This document shows, piece after piece, positions 29,299-37,884 of a DNA stretch of 64,000 bases. The number at the start of each line of letters is the position of its first letter. Within the stretch, counting starts at the first letter, position 1. Below the pieces are notes generated by a model. It made no database searches. It worked only from the letters and a program-made list of their open reading frames with translations, and had not been told where the DNA came from. Source of the DNA: an uncultured Clostridia bacterium (GTDB lineage: Bacteria; Bacillota; Clostridia; Oscillospirales; CAG-272); the NCBI GenBank assembly GCA_944381085.1, contig CALWJX010000093.1:11240-75239 (forward strand), given 5' to 3'. The position numbers and the translations under genes are program-made.

Positions 29299-29748
29299 TC
29301 AGTTTTGTCCCAAGTTTTGATAAATTTCTCGAAGAAATTTTTTGAGGCTCATAGCTCGGTTGCTGACGGTGTTTCTGGGAATACCGTATCGTTCTTCAAT
29401 CTGCCGGGATGTGAGTTCCTTTGTCAGATAATAGCGGATGATGATTCTGTCTCGCTCATCGAAACGAGACAAAATATCCTCAAGCATGATGTTAGACAAA
29501 ATCTCTTCTTCCATGTCATGAGGATCAGGAATCTCATCGCAAAGATCGTAGCTGTCTCCAAGAGGATGACCGTAACAGAGCTTTCTTTTTAAGCTCATAG
29601 TCTCGTCATATCTGTCCTCATTCTCATGGCTCATCAGCTCGTAGTAAACCTCCTTGCTGATTTCCGTGGTGATGCCATTGACCTTCGTATAGTAGGTCCC
29701 GGTAGCCTCATCTCTCCAAAGTGCGTAGTTGAAAACCTTGATTTTCAT
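29299..29748 (-). CDS. Sigma-70 region-4-like HTH protein (Tn916 orf7-like regulator class)
   Basis: Start re-called to ATG 29748 (AAAGGA RBS). The C-terminus RIIIRYYLTKELTSRQIEERYGIPRNTVSNRAMSLKKFL is a sigma region-4 HTH. Confidence 0.7.
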   Translation of the reverse strand: MKIKVFNYALWRDEATGTYYTKVNGITTEISKEVYYELMSHENEDRYDETMSLKRKLCYGHPLGDSYDLCDEIPDPHDMEEEILSNIMLEDILSRFDERDRIIIRYYLTKELTSRQIEERYGIPRNTVSNRAMSLKKFLREIYQNLGQN

Positions 29749-29832
29749 TGTCTTGTCCTTTCCGCTGACGCGGAGCAGCGGAGTGACAAGACAAAAAACG
29801 AGCCGCATGACGGTGAGCTTTGATCCCATGCC

Positions 29833-29859
29833 GATAAAACAGAGTCGTGAAACTCTGTT
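29833..29859 (-). terminator. Hairpin plus T-tract on the minus strand between the Zn-ribbon gene and the sigma-like gene
   Basis: The minus strand reads AACAGAGT-ttcacg-ACTCTGTT-TTAT. This supports the downstream start call for the sigma-like gene. Confidence 0.5.
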
Positions 29860-29937
29860 CATGCGGCATCGGAAGACTCACCAATCAGCGGCTCCATTGC
29901 ACAGCTATAAAAATATTTATTTGTTAAACGCTAACCT

Positions 29938-30189
29938 CTACTTGTGGCTCAAGAGAGGATAGCGAAGTAACCGTCTCATACTAAGAACATCAAATACAGT
30001 CTCGCGCCCGCACTGTTTGCACTTGGCTTGGACATGACCTCTTGTGTCCTCGAACACGGCGATTGAGTTGTGTTTGCAGTATGGGCATTGCACCATACGC
30101 TTCTTCTGCGTCGATATAGCATGACGCGCTCTTTGAATTTTGATCTGCATTTCCGCAGATGGCTCAGTTACACGGATGTTTCTTCTCAT
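29938..30189 (-). CDS. Small zinc-ribbon protein (two CxxC pairs)
   Basis: CPYCKHN...CKQCGRE. ATG 30189 overlaps the ImmA stop codon (ATGA) and is preceded by GGAGGT. Confidence 0.65.
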   Translation of the reverse strand: MRRNIRVTEPSAEMQIKIQRARHAISTQKKRMVQCPYCKHNSIAVFEDTRGHVQAKCKQCGRETVFDVLSMRRLLRYPLLSHK

Positions 30190-30920
30190 GCCCATACCTC
30201 CAACGGATAAGAATACTCAAGGTACGGACGATCTTCAACATATCCGAGATGTCTCAGCCGGATCACAGCAGCGGTTTTGGAAACACCGAGCTGTCCGCAT
30301 ATCAGATTGAGCGTCAAGCGGTCACGGTAAGCAAACCTCCCCTCATAGCTAATCAGGTTTTTATTGCCACCGAAATACCACACGGCGAGATCCATTTCCT
30401 TCTGAGGCATAAGGATCGCCGCCCCTAATACATTTGCTTGCCATTCGTTCCAATCCTCACGGGTTTTGAGATCACGGAGGGAGTATGCTGTTCGTGCAGC
30501 ATATTTCTGGCGGCAAGCTGCCTTCGATTCCTCATCCTCCATCGAATAGAGGATTTGATGAGCGCATTCATGGGCAAGGGTAAATCTGCGCTTGCCACAG
30601 AGTTCCCGAACTTTGCCGGGACGGATAAAGCTCTCGTCCAGCAGGACTTGATTTTGCCTGAGAGGAATGGTGCGCTTGATTCCCATTTCCTCCGTAATGT
30701 ATTCCGTATCTGCGTAAGCTGTCAGCCCACAGATGCTTCCATCGCCGGATAAACGAGCGAAGGACACATCCAGACCGAGATAGTCCTTTGCGAACTGATC
30801 AATCGGTGTGGCACGAGCGATACGAACATCATTAGCCTCTTTACCGAAGAAAAACTCATTGAAGTCTTTGGTAACGGCTGCTGCGATTTCTTCTATTTGC
30901 TTGTGGGTTAAGATCATCAT
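30186..30920 (-). CDS. ImmA/IrrE family metallopeptidase
   Basis: HExxH motif (LAHECAHQIL). Start re-called to ATG 30920 after AAAGGAG. Overlaps the upstream ORF stop. Confidence 0.8.
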   Translation of the reverse strand: MMILTHKQIEEIAAAVTKDFNEFFFGKEANDVRIARATPIDQFAKDYLGLDVSFARLSGDGSICGLTAYADTEYITEEMGIKRTIPLRQNQVLLDESFIRPGKVRELCGKRRFTLAHECAHQILYSMEDEESKAACRQKYAARTAYSLRDLKTREDWNEWQANVLGAAILMPQKEMDLAVWYFGGNKNLISYEGRFAYRDRLTLNLICGQLGVSKTAAVIRLRHLGYVEDRPYLEYSYPLEVWA

Positions 30921-31174
30921 CTGCTCTCCTTTGCTTCTACAAACCATTTATCACCTTCATGAAACAGAAACGACTCCTTTCCTCTGATCATTACGGTGTA
31001 ACGAATACCGCCGCCTCCAACCTTCTTAGAAGATGCGCGGCACTTATACAGAACTTGGTCGATGTTGAAAATCAGACCGTTCTTCCATCGGATAAAACGA
31101 GGATGGAGCGTCCCTTCCTCATCGACATCTACATTAACCGAAACATATGCTTTCCGGCACTGAATACTTTGCAT
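30917..31174 (-). CDS. Hypothetical protein, first gene of the divergent ImmA operon
   Basis: 85-aa ORF translationally coupled to the ImmA gene. No family recognised. Confidence 0.55.
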   Translation of the reverse strand: MQSIQCRKAYVSVNVDVDEEGTLHPRFIRWKNGLIFNIDQVLYKCRASSKKVGGGGIRYTVMIRGKESFLFHEGDKWFVEAKESR

Positions 31175-31208
31175 TTGCTCCCTCCGTTCACAAAAAAGTT
31201 AAAAAGAA

Positions 31209-31351
31209 ACACGAACAAGTTTTCATGTTCCTATTGACACACGAGGTTTCGTGTGGTATCATAATAACGCGAACAGCATTTCGTGTCAGCAACCATAGTA
31301 TAGCACGAACAGAATTTCATGTCAATGGGTTTAGACGAAAAAGTGTTCGTG
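31209..31351. promoter_or_regulatory. Operator cluster in a divergent promoter region: repeated dyad CRCGAA-N6-TTCRTG
   Basis: Full sites: CACGAACAAGTTTTCATG (31210), CGCGAACAGCATTTCGTG (31268), CACGAACAGAATTTCATG (31304). A compact dyad ACACGAggttTCGTGT (31239-31254) lies inside the promoter spacer. An inverted half-site TGTTCGTG is at 31344. Confidence 0.6.
31234..31262 (+). promoter_or_regulatory. Promoter of the XRE repressor operon (TTGACA-17-TATCAT)
   Basis: Consensus -35 hexamer and 17-bp spacer. The spacer contains an operator dyad. Confidence 0.55.
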
Positions 31352-31381
31352 TTCACAAAAAGTTTTAGAAAGAGGTGCCTT

Positions 31382-31798
31382 ATGGTATTCAAAGACAGAC
31401 TGAAAGAAAAGCGAGTGGAGGCTGGACTGACTCAGGCTGAACTCGCAAAGAGAGCTGGCGTTACTGCTCGTACCATCCAGAACTATGAACTCGGTAATAG
31501 AAAACCAGCTAACATGGAAGTTATCCAGAAAATTGCTGACGCGCTGGGAACTACCACGGAGTATCTTCTTGGCAGCAGCGGCACTTATGTTGTTGAAGCT
31601 CATGAGAAGGGCGGCTCTAAGGCAGCGCGCGATATTGATGAGCTTGTCAGCGAAGTAACCGGTATGTTTGCCGGTGGTCAATTGAGCGAGGATGCTCTGG
31701 AAGGAGCAATGAAGGCTCTGAATGATGCGTATTGGATCGCAAAAGAAAAGAATAAGAAGTACGGTAGACGCAAGTCCAAAGAAGTTCCGCAGGAATAA
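31382..31798 (+). CDS. XRE-family HTH repressor (ImmR-like)
   Basis: Start re-called to ATG 31382 (AGAGGTG RBS). HTH: AGLTQAELAKRAGVTARTIQNYELGNRKP. Confidence 0.85.
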   Translation: MVFKDRLKEKRVEAGLTQAELAKRAGVTARTIQNYELGNRKPANMEVIQKIADALGTTTEYLLGSSGTYVVEAHEKGGSKAARDIDELVSEVTGMFAGGQLSEDALEGAMKALNDAYWIAKEKNKKYGRRKSKEVPQE

Positions 31799-31857
31799 GT
31801 CCGTATTTTTGTACTATTGAATTGTTATAATGATTCCCCACGAATGGAGGTGGAGCG

Positions 31858-32367
31858 ATGAGTGCTGAACATCTCTCGAAAGTCGGCAGCAATCTCGTTA
31901 GACGCTGCGGCACACGAGATCCTTTTCGCATAGCGCAAGAGCTTGGCATAGAGGTCTTGTTTTGTGATGACTTCGGTCCTCTCAAGGGTATGTACCGAGT
32001 GATCAAGCGCAATCGTTTCATTTTTATCAATAAGGATTTGAGTTCACGAATGCAGCGTATTGTCTGCGCTCATGAGCTGGGACATGATCAGCTTCATCGG
32101 TATCTGGCAAAAGGAAACGCTTTGCAGGAGTTCATGCTTTACGACATGACCACGAAGCCTGAATATGAGGCGAACATCGTTGCAGCGGAAATCCTTATTG
32201 ATACCGATGAGATACTTGAGTACATATATCAATACGGATATACCACGGAGCAGATCGCACGAGCTATGCACACAGATATTAACTTGGTTGCTTTGAAGAT
32301 CGCACATCTGGCAGAAACCGGATATGACCTTCGCCGGATTGACCATCGAAGCGACTTCTTGAAATGA
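31858..32367 (+). CDS. ImmA/IrrE family metallopeptidase (second copy)
   Basis: HExxH motif (CAHELGHDQLH). Immediately downstream of the XRE repressor, as in ImmR/ImmA modules. Confidence 0.8.
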   Translation: MSAEHLSKVGSNLVRRCGTRDPFRIAQELGIEVLFCDDFGPLKGMYRVIKRNRFIFINKDLSSRMQRIVCAHELGHDQLHRYLAKGNALQEFMLYDMTTKPEYEANIVAAEILIDTDEILEYIYQYGYTTEQIARAMHTDINLVALKIAHLAETGYDLRRIDHRSDFLK

Positions 32368-32377
32368 GGTGGATGCT

Positions 32378-32704
32378 ATGACTAAGACGGAAATAATCAA
32401 GGATTTTCTCAAGAAGGCAGTGCTGCCGGTTGTCGTAGCACTCTTCCTATACTCGATATTCAGCCGTATCTTCGTTGAGGACGGAGTAAAGGATTTCTTC
32501 CTGATATGGCTTGCTTGCGGAGTACCCTTTGGTATCGGCAAGATGTTCACACTGATTCCGATAGGGTTTGGCATTGCCGGAACTGTTGGCGTTGTTGCGC
32601 TCAACATCGTCCTCGGTGGTCTAATCGGAGGCGTGATCTTGATTTGGAAATTAGCAGTGGCAGTTTGGTATTTGCCGCTGACTGTATATAGGCTTGTTGC
32701 CTGA
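32378..32704 (+). CDS. Small membrane protein (3 TM)
   Basis: Start re-called to ATG 32378 after GAGGTG. Hydrophobic throughout. Confidence 0.6.
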   Translation: MTKTEIIKDFLKKAVLPVVVALFLYSIFSRIFVEDGVKDFFLIWLACGVPFGIGKMFTLIPIGFGIAGTVGVVALNIVLGGLIGGVILIWKLAVAVWYLPLTVYRLVA

Positions 32705-32722
32705 GAACAGGAGGCACACAGT

Positions 32723-33760
32723 ATGCCATTACAGATAGTCAGAAATGACATCACAAAAATGAAAGTGGACGCAATCGTCAACGCTGCCAACAGCTCCCTC
32801 CTGGGAGGCGGCGGTGTGGACGGCTGCATCCATCGTGCTGCAGGACCGGAACTGCTTGCCGAGTGCAGGAAGCTCGGCGGCTGTGAAACCGGCAGTGCAA
32901 AGATCACCAGCGCATATAAGCTCCCATGTCGATATGTGATTCATGCCGTCGGTCCGCGCTGGGCGGACGGCAAGCACGGAGAGCGCAAACAGCTTATCTC
33001 CTGCTATCGGACATCTCTTGAGCTGGCAAAGGAAGCAAAGTGTGAGACGGTTGCGTTTCCGCTCATTTCCTCCGGTATCTATGGTTATCCGAAAGATCAG
33101 GCACTCCGAGTTGCCATTGACACGATCAGCGAGTTCCTGCTTGAGAATGACATGACCGTGTTCATTGTTATCTTTGATAAAAAGGCATATCGGATCAGCG
33201 AAAAGCTGTTCTCGGACATCGAAGAATACATAGATGATCGCTATGTGGATGAGCATACCGATAGTCGTTCCGAGCGTCTGCGCAGGATGAACGCCTTCCG
33301 GATGGACGAGCCGATGCCCTGCGAGTCATCCGTTTGCGATGAAGCTATTGAAAAGCTCACAGCTCCTATGGCAGTTAGCTCCAAAAAGGCAGCAACACTC
33401 GACGATGCACTGGGACAGATCGACGAGAGCTTTTCGGAGATGCTGCTGCGGAAGATTGATGAACGCGGCATGACGGACGCACAGTGCTACAAGAAGGCAA
33501 ATATTGACCGGAAACTCTTCTCGAAGATCCGCAGCGACAAGCTGTATAAGCCGTCAAAGCCTACGGTCATTGCATTTGCCATCGCCCTTGAGCTGCCGCT
33601 TGTGGAAATGAAGGATATGCTCATGAAGGCGGGCTTTGCACTCTCCCACTCCAACAAGTTTGACATCATCGTGGAGTATTTCGTGGAGCATGGGAACTAT
33701 AACGTCTTTGAAATCAACGAGGCTCTGTTCGCGTTTGACCAGAGTTTGCTCGGAGCGTAA
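32723..33760 (+). CDS. Macro-domain (ADP-ribose binding/hydrolase) protein with a roughly 120-aa C-terminal helical domain
   Basis: The N-terminus [26 protein letters not shown]...VIHAVGPRW is a canonical macro-domain signature. The C-terminal domain was not assigned. Confidence 0.85.
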   Translation: MPLQIVRNDITKMKVDAIVNAANSSLLGGGGVDGCIHRAAGPELLAECRKLGGCETGSAKITSAYKLPCRYVIHAVGPRWADGKHGERKQLISCYRTSLELAKEAKCETVAFPLISSGIYGYPKDQALRVAIDTISEFLLENDMTVFIVIFDKKAYRISEKLFSDIEEYIDDRYVDEHTDSRSERLRRMNAFRMDEPMPCESSVCDEAIEKLTAPMAVSSKKAATLDDALGQIDESFSEMLLRKIDERGMTDAQCYKKANIDRKLFSKIRSDKLYKPSKPTVIAFAIALELPLVEMKDMLMKAGFALSHSNKFDIIVEYFVEHGNYNVFEINEALFAFDQSLLGA

Positions 33761-33795
33761 GATGACAACAAATCGGAATTTGCGGAGGATAAATG

Positions 33796-34419
33796 ATGCA
33801 ATTCACAAAGATTGATATAAATAATTGGACACGAAAAGAGTATTTCGACCACTATTTTGACAATACGCCCTGCACATATAGTATGACGGTAAAACTCGAT
33901 ATTTCTAAGTTGAAAAAGGATGGAAAAAAGTTATACCCAACTCTTTTATATGGAGTTACAACGATCATCAATCGACATGAAGAGTTCAGGACGGCATTAG
34001 ATGAAAACGGACAGGTAGGCGTTTTTTCAGAAATGCTGCCTTGCTACACAATCTTTCATAAGGAAACTGAAACCTTTTCGAGTATTTGGACTGAGTTTAC
34101 AGCAGACTATACTGAGTTTCTTCAGAACTACCAAAAGGATATAGACGCTTTTGGTGAACGAACGGGAATGTCCGCAAAGCCTAATCCTCCGGAAAACACG
34201 TTCCCTGTTTCTATGATACCGTGGACAAGCTTTGAAGGCTTTAACTTAAATCTGAAAAAAGGATATGACTATCTACTGCCGATATTTACGTTTGGGAAGT
34301 ATTATGAGGATGGCGGAAAATACTATATTCCCTTATCGATTCAAGTGCATCATGCCGTTTGTGACGGTTATCATGTTTGTCGTTTTTTAGATGAATTGCA
34401 AGAATTACTGAATAAATAA
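33796..34419 (+). CDS. cat: Type A chloramphenicol O-acetyltransferase
   Basis: Classical CatA sequence (MQFTKIDINNWTRKEYFDHYF...SIQVHHAVCDGYHVCRFLDELQ) with the catalytic His in HHAVCDG. The second ATG was chosen for its RBS spacing (GGAGGA). Confidence 0.93.
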   Translation: MQFTKIDINNWTRKEYFDHYFDNTPCTYSMTVKLDISKLKKDGKKLYPTLLYGVTTIINRHEEFRTALDENGQVGVFSEMLPCYTIFHKETETFSSIWTEFTADYTEFLQNYQKDIDAFGERTGMSAKPNPPENTFPVSMIPWTSFEGFNLNLKKGYDYLLPIFTFGKYYEDGGKYYIPLSIQVHHAVCDGYHVCRFLDELQELLNK

Positions 34420-34477
34420 AATCTCTGTTTGCCGAGCTGATTGCTAACGTGTAAATTAAGGGGGGTGCAACCGGAGC

Positions 34478-35986
34478 ATGAAGCAGAAAACCTATATCGC
34501 AATCGATCTCAAGAGCTTCTACGCTTCGGTTGAATGTCGGGAGCGTGGCTTGGATCCGCTGGACACCAATCTCGTTGTCGCGGATGAGAGCCGGACGGAT
34601 AAGACTATCTGCCTTGCTGTTACACCCTCCCTCAAAAGCTACGGCATCTCCGGACGCGGACGGCTGTTTGAGGTCAAGCAGCGTATCAAGGAAGCAAATG
34701 CCGGACGGCAGCACGACGCGCCGGGGCGAAAGCTGGAAGGCTCATCATATTCGTTTTTCGAGCTACAAGCAAAGCCGGAGCTTGCGATTGACTTTATCAT
34801 CGCCCCTCCGAGAATGGCGTACTACATGGAGTACAGCACCCGCATCTATGAAATCTACATGAAGTATGTCGCACCGGAGGACATCGTGGTGTATTCTATC
34901 GACGAGGTATTCATGGATGTCACTGACTACCTGAACACCTACAAGCTCTCTCCCCATGACCTTGCCATGAAGATCATTCTGGATGTTCTTGAGACAACGG
35001 GCATCACAGCAACAGCCGGTATCGGAACAAATCTGTTTCTCTGCAAAGTTGCAATGGACATTGTAGCAAAGCATATTCCGGCAGACGCAAACGGAGTTCG
35101 TATTGCCGAGCTGGATGAGATGAAATACCGTCGTGAGCTATGGTCACATCAGCCTCTAACCGACTTCTGGCGTGTGGGACGCGGCTATGCAAAGAAGCTC
35201 GAAGAAAACGGGATGTTTACAATGGGCGATGTTGCGCGAATGTCCGAAAAGAATGAAGACTTGCTCTATAAGCTCTTCGGGAAAAACGCAGAACTGCTGA
35301 TCGACCATGCGTGGGGCTGGGAGCCTACTACCATTGAAGCAATCAAGGCATACAGACCGAGTACCAACAGCTTGGGTTCCGGACAAGTGCTGCACTGCCC
35401 CTATGATGCAGACAAAGCGAAGCTCGTCCTCCGTGAAATGGCAGATATGCTCGTGCTGGACTTGGTGGATAAAGGGCTTGTCACAGATCAAATCGTCATC
35501 ACGATTGGCTATGACATTGAAAACCTCACCGATCCGGAGCGAAGCCGAAAGTATCACGGTCCGGTTGTGAAAGACCATTACGGCAGAGCTATCCCGAAAC
35601 ACGCTCACGGTACTGCCAACCTTGACAGCTACACATCATCTACAAGGAAAATAATGTGTGCTGTGTCCGATCTGTTTGACCGGATCGTTGATAAAAACCT
35701 TCTCATCCGAAGGCTTAACATCACGGCAAATCATGTTCTCCCGGAAGCAGACGCGCCAAAGAAGAACGACGGTTTTGAACAGCTTGATCTCTTCACGGAC
35801 TACGCAGCGCGTGACGCAAGGCAGAAGCAGGAACGCGCCGAACTTGAGCGTGAGAAAAAGATGCAGCAAGCCATGTTGACCATCAAAAAGAAGTTTGGCA
35901 AGAACGCTATCCTCAAGGGCATGAACTTGGAGGAAGGCGCGACGGCGAAGGATCGTAACTCACAGATTGGAGGTCACAAGGCTTAG
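34478..35986 (+). CDS. Y-family (translesion) DNA polymerase, UvrX/YqjW-like
   Basis: IAIDLKSFYASVEC, SIDEVFMDVT and the palm/finger/little-finger layout. 502 aa. Confidence 0.88.
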   Translation: MKQKTYIAIDLKSFYASVECRERGLDPLDTNLVVADESRTDKTICLAVTPSLKSYGISGRGRLFEVKQRIKEANAGRQHDAPGRKLEGSSYSFFELQAKPELAIDFIIAPPRMAYYMEYSTRIYEIYMKYVAPEDIVVYSIDEVFMDVTDYLNTYKLSPHDLAMKIILDVLETTGITATAGIGTNLFLCKVAMDIVAKHIPADANGVRIAELDEMKYRRELWSHQPLTDFWRVGRGYAKKLEENGMFTMGDVARMSEKNEDLLYKLFGKNAELLIDHAWGWEPTTIEAIKAYRPSTNSLGSGQVLHCPYDADKAKLVLREMADMLVLDLVDKGLVTDQIVITIGYDIENLTDPERSRKYHGPVVKDHYGRAIPKHAHGTANLDSYTSSTRKIMCAVSDLFDRIVDKNLLIRRLNITANHVLPEADAPKKNDGFEQLDLFTDYAARDARQKQERAELEREKKMQQAMLTIKKKFGKNAILKGMNLEEGATAKDRNSQIGGHKA

Positions 35987-36039
35987 AAAATCTGATTTTA
36001 TTTTTGGTAAAAAATACACACAAGATAGAGGTAAAGAAC

Positions 36040-36849
36040 ATGAATAATTTTGATGGTGTTGCAAATACATTGTTTGTTCCCTTAGTAGCAAGAATCAATA
36101 TTTCAAAGAAATTCCCCGAATATTTTTTAGATGAAAAGGCTTTAGAGATGGAGCAATATCTGCCGGAGGGGGCTGATAAGGGATCGTCCGAATATAGCAA
36201 TATGGCATCTGTTGCTCGTTATTACAATATGGATAAAACGGTGTATGCTTTTGCTACCAAACACAACGAATGCAATGTTGTGTATTTGGGTGCGGGTCTG
36301 GAAACCGCCTATGACCGTCTGCACGAAAAAATCAACAAGAAAACCGTTCATTGGTATGAAGCTGACCTGATGGAAGTAATCGAAGCCAGAAAACAGGTAT
36401 TCGGTCAGCGCGAAAATGAAACGCTTATTGCCGGTGATATGTTTAAGCTGGAGTGGGTGAAAGAGATGGATTGTGCTATCCCTACTCTGCTGGTTGTGTC
36501 TGGCGTGTTTCAGTATTTTCACGAAGAAGAGATCATCGCTTTCATCAAGGGATGTGCAAAGGCACTTCCGCAAGGTGAGATATTGTTTGATGCTACAAGT
36601 GAATCTGGATTGAAGTTTACGAATTGGTTTATCAAGCGCACCGGAAATGCCAGTGCTATTATGTACTTCGGAATTAACGATAGCAAGGAATTTGCGGACA
36701 AATGTGGCATGGAACTGTTAGAAGAGAAAACATTCTTTCCAGATGCATTGAAACTGCTGGGCAAGAAATTAGGCTTTGTCACAAAGGTTTTCATGAAGGT
36801 TGCCGAAAGGAAAAAGCAAGTCTTAATTCTGCATTTAAGGTTGATCTAA
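36040..36849 (+). CDS. Class I SAM-dependent methyltransferase (TcmP/LCMT-like O-methyltransferase family)
   Basis: Start re-called to ATG 36040 (AGAGGT RBS). VVYLGAGLETAYDRL matches the SAM-binding loop of COG3315-type enzymes (from memory). Confidence 0.65.
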   Translation: MNNFDGVANTLFVPLVARINISKKFPEYFLDEKALEMEQYLPEGADKGSSEYSNMASVARYYNMDKTVYAFATKHNECNVVYLGAGLETAYDRLHEKINKKTVHWYEADLMEVIEARKQVFGQRENETLIAGDMFKLEWVKEMDCAIPTLLVVSGVFQYFHEEEIIAFIKGCAKALPQGEILFDATSESGLKFTNWFIKRTGNASAIMYFGINDSKEFADKCGMELLEEKTFFPDALKLLGKKLGFVTKVFMKVAERKKQVLILHLRLI

Positions 36850-36877
36850 TCATGATAGTTCTGAAGGAGGGATTTGT

Positions 36878-37294
36878 GTGTACGAAGATATTCTCAATCT
36901 ACCGCATCATGTTTCAAAGACAAGACCGCAGATGTCTATGCTGGATCGTGCAGCTCAATTCTCTCCCTTCGCTGCTCTCACCGGTTATGATGATGCGATA
37001 AAAGAAACCGGGCGTCTGACTGACGAAAAGATTGAAATGGATGAGGACCGAAAAGCAGCTCTTGATATGAAGCAAGCCTACCTCATCGAGATGATCGACG
37101 AGCAACCTGAAATCTCCATCACCTACTTCCTGCCAGACACGAAGAAGTCAGGCGGCGCGTATGTGACCGTGACCGGAAACCTAAAACGCTTCGACGAATA
37201 CGAACGTTTGCTGATCCTGACTGACGGCAAGAAAATACCGATGTATGACATCGCAGATATTGAAAGCGATCTCTTCCGAGGAATGTTTGAATGA
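36878..37294 (+). CDS. YolD-like protein (partner of Y-family polymerases)
   Basis: GTG start after GAAGGAGG. RPQMSMLDRAAQFSPFAALTGYDDAI is the YolD-like signature. Confidence 0.75.
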   Translation: MYEDILNLPHHVSKTRPQMSMLDRAAQFSPFAALTGYDDAIKETGRLTDEKIEMDEDRKAALDMKQAYLIEMIDEQPEISITYFLPDTKKSGGAYVTVTGNLKRFDEYERLLILTDGKKIPMYDIADIESDLFRGMFE

Positions 37295-37307
37295 AATATA
37301 CACGCTT

Positions 37308-37336
37308 AAAAAGACGCTTTCGAGCGTCTTTTTTTC
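37308..37336 (+). terminator. Rho-independent terminator
   Basis: AAGACGCT-ttcg-AGCGTCTT followed by TTTTTT. Confidence 0.85.
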
Positions 37337-37339
37337 TTT

Positions 37340-37554
37340 GGAAATGGGACAAAGTGCAACAGTGATTCACTTAGTAAAGTGAAGGGGTATTTTACGGGGA
37401 GTACCTACAAGGGAATACGATTTTAGAGAATAGCAAGCACAGCAGGTGTCCGTACACACTGCGATTTTCGATTAAGGAAACCCTCCCCTTAATCTCAAAA
37501 CTGCTTGTTGGGAAGCCTCCCAAACCCTCTATTTTTACGAAAGGACGGATCGCT
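37340..37554 (+). other. Candidate oriT region upstream of mobC/relaxase
   Basis: Non-coding 215 bp with inverted repeats TTCACTT-agtaa-AGTGAA and GATTAAGG-9nt-CCTTAATC. The position is typical for oriT in MobC/relaxase modules. No nic site identified. Confidence 0.3.
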
Positions 37555-37884
37555 ATGGCTAACAGAACAAGACCGATACGCATTGAAATCCGCGTATCTG
37601 AAAATGAGCATCGCTTAATCAAGTCGAAGATGGCGCAGCTCGGTACAAAGAACATGGGAGCGTATCTTCGCAAGATGGCGATTGATGGCTACATAATCAA
37701 GGTGGACTACACGCAGCAGAAAAAACTTGCAGTAGCCGTCAGTCGCATCGCATCGAACATCAATCAGATTTGCCGACGCATCAACTCAACGGGACACTTC
37801 TATGAGGACGATGTAGCCGAGCTGAAAGAGAGGCAGAAAGAGATATGGCAGTTACTAAAATCAAGCCAATCCGTGGAACTGTAA
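37555..37884 (+). CDS. mobC: MobC-family relaxosome accessory protein
   Basis: 109 aa. IRVSENEHRLIKSKMAQLG...YLRKMAIDG and NINQICRRIN motifs are typical of MobC. Confidence 0.85.
   Translation: MANRTRPIRIEIRVSENEHRLIKSKMAQLGTKNMGAYLRKMAIDGYIIKVDYTQQKKLAVAVSRIASNINQICRRINSTGHFYEDDVAELKERQKEIWQLLKSSQSVEL

Noticed and set aside
32044-32907. 287-aa minus-strand ORF
   Set aside because: It is antisense to three well-supported plus-strand genes: ImmA-like, the membrane protein, and the macro-domain start.
33762-33815. 17-codon mini-ORF (MTTNRNLRRINDAIHKD) overlapping the cat start, considered as a possible cat leader peptide
   Set aside because: It has no resemblance to known cat leader peptides, and I could find no stem-loop sequestering the cat RBS. 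It is probably fortuitous.
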